Source of the DNA: Octopus sinensis
Taxonomy: Eukaryota
Direction of reading: 5' to 3'
NCBI RefSeq assembly: GCF_006345805.1
Contig: NC_042999.1
Span: 95,976,001 to 96,040,000, forward strand
DNA: 64,000 bases
Made by a program: the position numbers and the translations under genes. The notes below the pieces were generated by a model, which was not told the DNA's origin, did not search any database, and saw only the letters and a list, made by a program, of their open reading frames with translations. Within the stretch, counting starts at the first letter, position 1; every line of letters starts with the position of its first letter. This document shows positions 53,771 to 64,000 of the stretch, in pieces.

Positions 53771-54925
53771 TAACAATCATCTCATTCACACCAGCTCTTC
53801 TTTGATACCACTTATTTTCCTTAACACCTGGAACCATTTCACTCATTATTCATCCTTCATTTATTAATACTGTTCTCTCCTCCCACACTTATAATTGATC
53901 ACGCACTCCCAGCTGAGCCATCAAATTATCTCTACTCCTCCACTACCATGCAATTCTCATTCTCTTCATGCACTATGTTTTCTTTCCTTCCCCATGCTCC
54001 CATAGCCTTCTCAATCATGTTACTTTACTCTAATCATTCTCCTGTTTACTGTATCATCATTTCTGTTCTGTTTCTCTACTTCACTCTTTTTTCTGCACTG
54101 TCAGTCATCTCCTATTTCTCCAACCCCCTCTTCTAACCCATTTCTTATCTCCCACTATCATAGACTCTTGCAACTTCCAGGCATCCACATACCTGGTTCC
54201 TCTGTTTCCACTTACCTTGTGCCATTAGGGTCTACCCAGACACTTCATTACTATTTTTATCTCTTTCCAGCCCAACCTAATCTTTCCTACTTTATTTTCT
54301 AAAATATGAGTAGCCTTGTAGCTCTTTCACAGCAGGAAATCTGTTCTACCCAGGGCCCTTCTTTCATACTTTAACTCCTCCTCTTCTAGCATAAAGACAC
54401 CCACTCTGAGTCTAGTAGTCTTGGAAGCTGTATAGTAACCTCACTAGTACTGCTGGAATGACTAAAACACCTAGTCCACACTGTAAAGTTGTTGACATTA
54501 AGAGGGGAATCCAGCTGCAAAAACTGTGCCAAATCAGATGCTGGAACACAATGCAGTCCTTGAACCCATTAGATCCTGTCAAACCACCCTGCCACCTGCC
54601 AACATGAAACACAGATGTTAAATGATGATGATATACATGTGTGTTTGTGTGAGTGAGTGTGAACTTATGTACATATATATATACTAGAGTACCCAAGCCA
54701 TCAATGAATTATGATGGATGTTCTACTAAATTTGTGATAATTAAATTTTGGTTTGTACATATAAATATTTGATTTTTCTAGTTGGTGGTCTTGATGAAAA
54801 TTGCAAATGAGAGTATGAGGATGTTAATAAAAATGCTAAAATAACAGGAAAATATGAAAATTATATTCATCACACTCTAAATATTCTGCAGATTTTATTA
54901 CTTTAAATATGTACAATATGTTATG

Positions 54926-55302
54926 TTCAACGATTCACTTGTTATTCTACAATAAATGCTCTACCTAATTTTGCAAATGTTGTATGTATATATATATATA
55001 TTCAAAATATATTTGTTTACATACAAGCATAGGATCTTACATACAAGTTAGATACTTTTTCTAAAGGTTTTCAAGGCTCACCAGTTTTAGTTTCTGCAAA
55101 AGCTGCACATATACAAAATATTTGACATATTCTTCTGAATGTGATACCATTCAGTAAGTTGAATATAAATGGGAATAGTGAAACAAAGTGGAATATAAAT
55201 GGTAATAGTGAAAAAAAGCTATTGCAGAAACTAAAACTGCTGAGCCTTGAAAACCTTTAAAAAAAGTATCTAACTTGTATGTAAGATCCAATGCTTGTGT
55301 GT

Positions 55303-55341
<39 letters not shown>

Positions 55342-55419
55342 ATATATATATATATATATTTACAACATTTGTGAAATTAGGTAGAGCATTTATTGTAGAA
55401 TAACAAGTGAATCATTGAA
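54926..55419. repeat. Inverted repeat, arms 54926-55104 and 55217-55419, flanked by a 61-bp direct repeat (54798-54858, 55509-55569)
   Basis: ttcaacgattcacttgttattctac... versus ...gtagaataacaagtgaatcattgaa. Confidence 0.9.
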
Positions 55420-55448
55420 TAATTGATAGTCAAATAAGTGTACATACA

Positions 55449-55507
<59 letters not shown>

Positions 55508-55696
55508 TAAATTGCTAATGAGAGTATGAGGATGTTAATAAAAATGCTAAAATAACAGGAAAATATGAATATATATATATAGAAAAAGGGTAATAAAATA
55601 AATTATTACCAGTGATCTAGCACAAAAGACAAATTAGTCATTAGACTATATGTTATTCATATATAAGTACATTAAAAGGCACATATATATATATAT

Positions 55697-55858
55697 ATAT
55701 GCTAGGCCACTAGTTTAAATTGATATCAATCAAATTAATATCAATTTTTTACTCTTATTATTTAAATTTATATATATATATGTATAAATTTAAATAATAA
55801 GGGTAAAAAATTGATATTAATTTGATTAATATCAATTTAAATCAGTGGCCTAGCATAT
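55697..55858. repeat. Hairpin with ~74-bp arms around a (TA)n loop
   Basis: atgctaggccactagtttaaattg... / ...caatttaaatcagtggcctagcat, 4 mismatches. Confidence 0.9.
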
Positions 55859-56017
55859 TGAAAATATCTGGAGATTCAGAAAATTATATTGCATACATAT
55901 AAGAGAGATGACCACTAGGTGTACACCCAATATGATAAATGTAGACCCCATATGGTCTGACCACTAAAAAAAATTTGTTCTCAAGAAAATTCAGCAATAA
56001 AAATTCCTACTGACACA

Positions 56018-57350
56018 TGACTGGCAGACTGACAAGTAGTAAAATCAAGTATTTAAGTTTTCATGCTATGCTATGTCTCAGCATTTATATGTATGGGAAT
56101 AGTTGCATGAATTTGTATGTTATTAGATTTATTTGTATATGTTATATGTGAATAAATTCACCACATACATGTGGTGTTATTATCATAATTGATATGTATT
56201 TGTATTTTTAGTCAGATAAACTCACTATTTTAAAAGGAGACATAAACGAGTTTCAGTGCATGTACATGCATGGTACTTGATTTATTGCCTTGACTCTGCT
56301 TAGATTTATGCTTTGGTAATTCATTGGTTGTCTATCGGTTGTTGAGAGTTTCCAAATAAAGCAGACCAAGCTGAAAGGTTGTTGGTTTCAGAAAACAAGA
56401 GATTTTCAAAAATGCACCATAAAAACTATGCACAACACCTGAAGGTGTACAAATAGAAAACTGGAAACAGTGTATCAAAAGAAAAGGGAACTACCTTAAA
56501 GGAGACAAGTGTAATTAAATTATAAGTAAAGCAATAACTTGGTCTTTTTAAAAAAGTCCTGTAACTTTTTGGACAGAACTTATAATCTTGTCTATGGTAA
56601 AAAGAAAATAATTTTCAACATATGGTCTTCACAGTGAAAAGGTATTGCTTGTTCAGTATTTCTATGTTGGTAGTACAGGAAAACTGCTATAATTCAAATA
56701 TATGCACGCATATGCATGAGTATATGCATGCATGTGTGCAACTACTCACAGAGGCATATCTATAAATGCTTAAAAACACATGCATTTAAGTATACCAGTT
56801 ATCGTATTTACATATACTCACATATATGCTTAAATGCATGTGTGTGTATGTGTATATATTAGCATGCACACATCATAAACATTCATTCATATGCACACTC
56901 AATAATTCCTGCATCTACTCAAACATATATATAGAAACAGGTGGAATGTTTTTTCATTATTGACAGAACAGAATCAATAGAATGTGTCAAATTCTTCATC
57001 TTCTGAAGAGTGCGAACTAGATCGTAGCCACTATTTTCTGTAGATTAGTGTTTCATTGGCATCTATAGTCTTCCATTGGTTAGGAAAAGCTCTAGTAATA
57101 TGAATAGAGTAGTAGAGTAACATATCTTTAAATTCACACACACACATGTAAATTATCAACATGCATGTGACAGCTTTAAGTTAATAATGAAAATTCATTT
57201 ACTATTAATTTCTGAAGATGGATGCTTATTTGATATCAAATTTGGTTATCAAAAGTCTAATCATTGGTTCATTGCATCTCTGATGATGAGAGTGACAAAC
57301 AATTACCAGTGCAACTAGAGTATAACAAATGTCACACAGGGTATATTTAT
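56018..57350 (+). repeat. Left arm of ~1.3-kb inverted duplication
   Basis: Reverse complement of 59315-60502 apart from scattered substitutions and two indels. Confidence 0.95.
56212..56272 (+). CDS. Candidate penultimate exon H (phase 0 to 1; SDKLTILKGDINEFQCMYMH)
   Basis: tatttgtatttttag acceptor, CATG|gtactt donor; G+AG joins in frame to the terminal exon. Confidence 0.45.
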
Positions 57351-57677
57351 CTGAAAGCACCAAAGTCTTGGTTCTTCAAGATGTCTACATCTGTTACTAA
57401 TTTTGCATGAGCAACACACACATACACACATCATGGGCTTCTTCAGATTCCTTCAATCAATTTCACTCCAAGGTGATGATCAAGAACACTAGCTAATAGC
57501 ATACATACTGTGGGACCCAATCTTGTGGTTCCAAAGTGAACTCTTTACCCACACAGTCATCCCTGTACATACACGTGTGCATATGTGAGCATACATGCAT
57601 GCAAGTGTGAGTATGCATTGGATCTCTACCAGTTTTATCGGTGGCTGAACCAGTAAGAAGTATTGCAAGTTAGTTTT

Positions 57678-58034
57678 ATAGGCATAGGAGTTGCTGTGTG
57701 GTAAGTAGCTTGCTTACCAATGACATGGTTCCGGGTTCAGTCCCACTACATGGCACCTTGGGCAAGTGTCTCCTACTATAGCCTCGAGCCAACCAATGCC
57801 TTGTGAGTGGATTTGGTAGACAGAAACTGAAAGAAGCCCGTCGTATATATGTATATATTTATATATATGTATGTTTGTGTATCTGTGTTTGTTCCCCCAA
57901 CATCGCTTGACAACTGATGCTGGTGTGTTTACATCCCCATAACATAGCAGTTTATTCATAACAAAGAATAATTCCTGGGGTCAATTTGCTCGACTAAAGG
58001 CGGTGCTCAAGCATGACTGAAACAAGTAAAAAGG
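57678..58034 (+). mobile_element. Full-length CORE-type tRNA-derived SINE
   Basis: Same family as 9258-9688 (ggttcagtccc B-box, ggcaccttgggcaagtgtc core). Confidence 0.85.
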
Positions 58035-58349
58035 TAATTATATATGCTAATAATATTCGTCAGTTGCAACTCTTGACAGAAGTATTGCTGTTTTCATGAC
58101 CGAGTGGAATTTCAATGATGCACAGACTGGATGCTACAAAGCATCTTGTCCAAAAACTGTAACAGTTCTGCCAATCTATATATATATATACACACACACG
58201 TGTGTGTGTGCATATATGTGTGAGTATATGTGTCATACAACAGAGGAATCACATGTAGTATAAGAGAGACAACTGTGCTGGTTTGATTATGCAATGCATA
58301 AGGATAGCTCCATAAAGTGTCAGTCACATACACTAGATAAAACTTGTTG

Positions 58350-58480
58350 AAGAGGGAGACCCAGGGAGATTTAGGATGAAGTAATTAAGGCTAATCTCAA
58401 GATGCTGAGCCTCACAGAAATTACAGAAGACCAAGATGACTGGTGATTCACTGTACTTGAGAAAACCTGTCCACCACAGC
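58350..58480 (+). mobile_element. Decayed RTE ORF C-terminal fragment
   Basis: RGRPREI.DEVIKANLKMLSLTEITEDQDDW. Confidence 0.55.
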
Positions 58481-59191
58481 AAAAATGATATCCTAAAAGC
58501 ATTCTATGTGTGGTAGTAGTCTATTCTCTCCTATTCTCATTCTCTTCACACCTAGCCCTTTAGCGCTCATCTATCTATAGAACTTCTTTCTTTGTACTGC
58601 TAGTAAACCCCTTGGAACCACTTACATCTTTTATTCCAATTAGCCTCCCTTCCCCACCCAAACTATCCCCTCATCCCCCAATTACCTGCTTTCTATGTCT
58701 TCCCTTATCTTTTACCTCTGCCATGTACCATTTAACACCATAAACCTGCCCCTCTACAGCCACCTTTATGTGCACCTAAATCGCCCTCCTTACCATACCT
58801 ACACCTTGCACATCATCCCTTACTTTCTGAGCAATCTATGTGTCTGCTTACATGCACACACACACACACACACATATATGTGTGTGTGTGTGTGTGCAGT
58901 GTACTTGTATACCTATATTATTTTTTTTAACACATGACCATTTGAAGCTGTTAAAGTTGTTTCCCTTCATATGTTTTACTTTTTAAATTATTTAACATAT
59001 GCTAGAATTGTTCATTTTTTTCTTTTTTTGAAAGGTCATCTTGCCATCTTCTTTAATGTACAACGGTCAACTAATGCTTTTATGTTCATAAATTCATCAA
59101 TTCTGATAATCAGATTAATGCTCTCCTTTTTCTTATTAGTGAATCTAAGCAATATATATAATACACTATGCTATTAATGTATTTAACCTAC

Positions 59192-59232
<41 letters not shown>

Positions 59233-59314
59233 ATGCATAAAAGAGGGATGACCACTAGGTGGACATATAATATGCTAAATGTAGACCCTATATGGTCTGA
59301 CCATTAAGAAAATA

Positions 59315-60502
59315 ATAAATATACCCTGTGTGACATTTGTTATACTCTAGTTGCACTGGTAATTGTCTGTCACTCTCATCATCAGAGATGTAATGAACCA
59401 ATGATTAGATTATTGATAACCAAATGTGATATCAAATAAGCGTCCATCTTCAGAAGTTAATGGTAAATGAATTTTCATTATTAACTTAAAGCTGTCACAT
59501 GCATGTTGATAATTTACATGTGTGTGTGTGAATTTAAAGATATGTTACTCTACTACTCTATTCATATTACTAGAGCTTTTCCTAACCAATGGAAGACTAT
59601 AGATGCCAATGAAACACTAATCTACAGAAAATAGTGGCTATGATCTAGTTCGCACTCTTCAGAAGATGAAGAATTTGACACATTCTATTGATTCTGTTCT
59701 GTCAATAATGAAAAAAATGTTCCACCTGTTTCTATATATATGTTTGTGTAGATGCAGGAATTATTGAGTGTGCATGTGAATGAATGTTTATGATGTGTGC
59801 ATGCTAATATATACACATACACACACATGCATGCACATATGCATATGTGCACATATATTTAAATTATAGCAGTTTTCTTGTACCACCAACATAGAAATAC
59901 TGAACAAGCAATACCTTTTCACTGTGAAGACCATATGTTGAAAATTATTTTCTTTTTACCATAGACAAGATTATAAGTTCTGTCCAAAAAGTTACAGGAC
60001 TTTTTTAAAAATACCAAGTTATTGCTTTACTTATAATTTAATTACACTTGTCTCCTTTAAGGTAGTTCCCTTTTCTTTTGATACTTTTATGGTGCATTTT
60101 TGAAAATCTCTTGTTTTCTGAAACCAACAACCTTTCAGCTTGGTCTGCTTTATTTGGAAACTCTCAACAACCGATAGATAACCAATGAATTACCAAAGCA
60201 TAAATCTAAACAGAGTCAAGGCAATAAATCAAGTACCATGCATGTACATGCACTGAAACTCGTTTATGTCTCCTTTTAAAATAGTGAGTTTATCTGACTA
60301 AAAATACAAATACATATCAATTATGATAATAACACCACATGTATGTGGTGAATTTATTCACACGTAACATATACAAATAAATCTAACATACAAATTTATG
60401 CAACTATTCCCATACATATAAATGCATATAATGATATGCTGAGACATAGCATATCATGAAAACTGAAATACTTGATTTTACTACCTGTCAGTCTTCCACT
60501 CA
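59315..60502 (-). repeat. Right arm of ~1.3-kb inverted duplication, including antisense copy of exon H (60237-60297)
   Basis: Exon copy and both splice junctions identical to the left arm; lacks ~47 bp and ~100 bp segments. Confidence 0.95.
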
Positions 60503-61560
60503 GGAGTGAGAGTGGGAAGCTGCTATGATATTTTTTCTGCTTTGTAGCCTATTTAATGTAAAATCATAGGAATGTTATGATTTGAAAGTATTGTTGTACT
60601 TTGGAAAGAGATCAGCCTTCAGGCATCTTTGACTTGGGTATTTATATCTTGTGCAATAAATTGCTAGCTGATTGATTTTAAATTGAGTGATCATCAGAAT
60701 GGACCTGTCTCTTCAATTTTACAGATTAAAATGTTTATCATTTTATACTTACATGGTTTCTATTAGAAATACCAAAAATTATACTGAGAATTTAGTTTGT
60801 AGTGTGTGATCCTGCTGACATATGGTTTTAAGAAGGCTTAAATTCTCAATTCACATGAGAAAAGATTTCCATGATAAACTCTCTGAATTATTGATTTCAA
60901 TCCAAACAGGAATTAAATTACATATAGCTTCCAGAAAATACCTCAGCCCTTTGCTTTACATCTTGTGCATATTCTGTCATGCATATAAAATAGTCATTCA
61001 AATTCTGTATGAATATGGCAGACAGATAAACCCACACTATGTTGAATATCTTACAATAAGATGTTAAAGAAGGAAGGATTATGAACTGTGTAAATATATT
61101 TTGTGAAAGTGTGAAAATCAAAACCTTAATAATTATTGAAAGGTTTGAAGGTTTGTAATGAAAGGCTTGAAGTGGCAATAGTTTTAATGCAAAACATTAA
61201 AAACCATATGGTTGTTACAACTAAAGTCTGTCAGTAACAGTTTACTCCTAATTCTTTTGTTCTTTTGCAACTAAGAGTAATCCTAATGCAACTGATGTAA
61301 GTACAACTTAGTCGTTGAGGATTTTCAAGAATGCATTGTATATTTAGCATATTTCTTTCTTTTTTTCTTACCAAGCACAAACATGATTCCTCACTCATTT
61401 TCACTTGCTGTAATTTAAGCATGTGTTGTTCTTCAGATAGCCTATATAACTAAAGAATCCTGCATGTAGAATCAAATACATATGTTTTGAATGTTTTCAA
61501 AGTCAAAACAATGCAACATACAAGAAAGAATACAAGTTGATGGTTTACCTTGTATTTCAG

Positions 61561-61661
61561 AGTTAGGACCCCTTCTTCAGGAAATTTCCAGAGAAATGGT
61601 GTTACGTGCATTCTACAGAACAGAGAAGTTAGCTCATGAGCTCTCAACACCATTACACTGA
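61561..61661 (+). CDS. Candidate terminal coding exon (phase 1; ELGPLLQEISREMVLRAFYRTEKLAHELSTPLH-stop)
   Basis: tttaccttgtatttcag acceptor, higher GC, protein-like helical sequence, TGA at 61659-61661; protein family not recognised. Confidence 0.6.
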
Positions 61662-61789
61662 AGATTTCCTGAAGGGTCCTGACCTTTAAATACTGAAAAC
61701 AATGTAAAAGAACAACCCATTGACTTGTGTTACTTCTTATAACGCGTATTGTTTAGAGAAACAATACGAGTTATAAAACTGACTTGCTC

Positions 61790-62200
61790 ACTGATACACT
61801 ACAGTTTTTGTTATGAAAGAGCTGCCTTACACACCTACAACAGCACTATGATTGGCTACTAAAACAACAGCTCAACCATTTAAATGTGAATGTAATATAT
61901 CTCAACTTTGCAAAGTTCATAATTTGATCATGGAATATATCATAAACTGCATAACCTAGACATATTTGGAAATGTAGCAGTCAGATAGCTGCAGCCAATA
62001 GTGTTCCTTCTGAGGAGACATCAATTTGTAGTGGAGTCCCTCGGAGAACTGTACTGGAACCAATACTGATTGTGGTGGCTCTCAGATATGCGCTCAGTCA
62101 TATGTTAGCGTCTTTCACCAGCTACACTGACAAATAAGAAGAATCACAAACATTCAAGAATCTTGATGATTATTCATAACTACAGGAAGACTAGAATATG
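61790..62200 (+). mobile_element. Decayed CR1-type RT core relic in presumed 3' UTR or downstream region
   Basis: NVIYLNFAK...HGIYHKLHNL...SGVPRRTVLEPIL...SYTD, decayed from DVIYLDFAKAFD / SGVPQGTVLGP / YADD. Confidence 0.65.
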
Positions 62201-64000
62201 ATATATTTGTTGTTATTATTAGTTCCCTTTACATGACCTTCATTAATTTCATTATTGTTGTTTGTAGTACTACTATTATTAAGATTCTATGTATATCTAT
62301 TTTTACTTGTATTATATTCTTACCTTGACTTATCATAATCATTATAATGGCCTTGATTATTTTTCCTCTTTTTATTAAGTTATCAGAAGTAACAATTCAA
62401 TAATTTCACTGTGTACCTGTTAAAAATCTTATGGTATATGTTAGATTTTGGAAAATACTTATACAATGCAACAAAGAATTTTCTGAGTCACAAATATCAT
62501 TCAAGGTTGCTAAGGAATTGTTAGGAAGAAAGCATGACTAAAGATCCATATAACAGAGATGCATGGTAGGGTGGTATGGCAAATGGATTTTACATATTTT
62601 CAAACATGATTTTAGATAGAAAATAAGAGATTTGTGAAGGGAAATAGAATGTGTTGAAAAAGATTCATTAGATCAAAGTTTAACAACAATTAAGACATTG
62701 AGCATTGATGTAGAGAAAAGATGATCTGTACTGCAGATGTTATCACATTCTTTGAAACTTTAACATTGTTGTTAAAAAAAAAAGTGCATGCTTGTTAGAA
62801 TCATAGAATAGGAAACAAAGGTTTCTGTATTGTCACAATCTGCTACATCAATCCTGGCACTGATCCTATATTGAAGTTTATGGCATTGGATGGATCTTTT
62901 GTAATTTGAACTCTCAGGTGGGACACTAGTTACATACTGATTGAGGAGAGATGGGATTATGTATAACTTGCAATGCAGCTTTGTAATGTGTTACACATGA
63001 ATTTTGATCTCTGAACCAAATACCTTAGCCTTTCACTAGAAAATGATTTCCACCAGTACCATCTTATAATGGCATTACACAAATTAAATTCTTGAAAGAA
63101 ATAACACTTCAAGATTGACCTTCAAGGTTCACCTTCAGAGTTAATTAAATGCACCCAATATTTAAAAAATGATGTTAGGCCTAGCTGTGTTTTATCCCCC
63201 ACCCTACCTGAAATAAGGGAAGATTTTTTTTTCATGGCACTTATTTGAAAAGTTGCCTGACAGGACACACAGCCTCATTTTCTCTTTGCTGGTTATTTCC
63301 ATTTCAGAATGAGCAGACTCCTAGGCAGGCTGGCTTCACAGGAGTTATAGAGCCACATTTTCCTTTAAGTTATTCTCATTATCCCTAACAAAATTAATAA
63401 ATGACTTGCACATTTCCTTAACCCTATCAGCTCCATTTTCCCTCTTCTCTCCGCTCTTAATCATTCTTTTTTTATACATACAAACACAAAACTCATGTAA
63501 AATTATCTTCATTCTAGTGAATTATGTATAAAGCATAAAAATGAATATTTCAGGTTTATAGAATAATTATCTTAAGATTTTTCAGACAAGTGACTTAGAA
63601 GAAATGAGAAAACCCTTTAAATATGGAAAAACTAAATTCATTTCAGCCATTCATTGATAAGCAAATAAACAAGTTTGGTTTTCTTTCTTTTAAATCATCT
63701 CATTGAATTGACTAAACCCACTGCTCTTTTTGCTTGATTTCATTATTTGTTTATACAGCTTTTTGTTTTGTGATTTTGAACTGGCAATAGGCTGTGTTTA
63801 TCTCTTCAGTTTCATACTTGGAATTGGAATATTTCTCTGTATGCTTGCAGTATAATAGGAATAACCAGAAAACATCCCCCATTAACCAGTCTTCTAATGT
63901 AAAGCATTAAGCTGCTATGCAGTACACAGAATTTAGATGTTTCTTATGCAACCAGTTTGATGTTTATCGCACAGTAGTGTAGCTGTATTTGATTGGATAT

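Noticed and set aside
57002-57025. + strand CTGAAGAGTGCGAAC hammerhead-like string
   Set aside because: No real stem II, A15.1 missing, no stem I or III

Overview
AT-rich eukaryotic genomic DNA. The repeat content (RTE LINEs with (ATG)n tails, CORE-type and Deu/Nin-type tRNA-derived SINEs, kilobase TA-rich arrays) points to a coleoid cephalopod, most likely Octopus; this is inference. Most of the window looks like long introns of one unidentified + strand protein-coding gene. Several short candidate exons with GT-AG boundaries join in consistent phase, ending in a terminal exon at 61561-61661. The introns carry RTE, CR1/L2, R4/Dong and Penelope-like retroelement pieces, a solo LTR, mariner and maT DNA transposons, Helitron/Helentron non-autonomous elements and SINEs. 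Nearly all ORF-track entries are microsatellite or TE artefacts. Most interesting: (1) a 336-340 bp tandem repeat at 2530-3420 with one type I hammerhead ribozyme per unit, the architecture of a non-LTR retrozyme; (2) four or five further hammerhead motifs, all antisense to the inferred host gene; (3) a ~1.3 kb inverted duplication (56018-57350 / 59315-60502) that puts an exact antisense copy of a candidate exon into the last intron, plus other near-perfect intronic palindromes.
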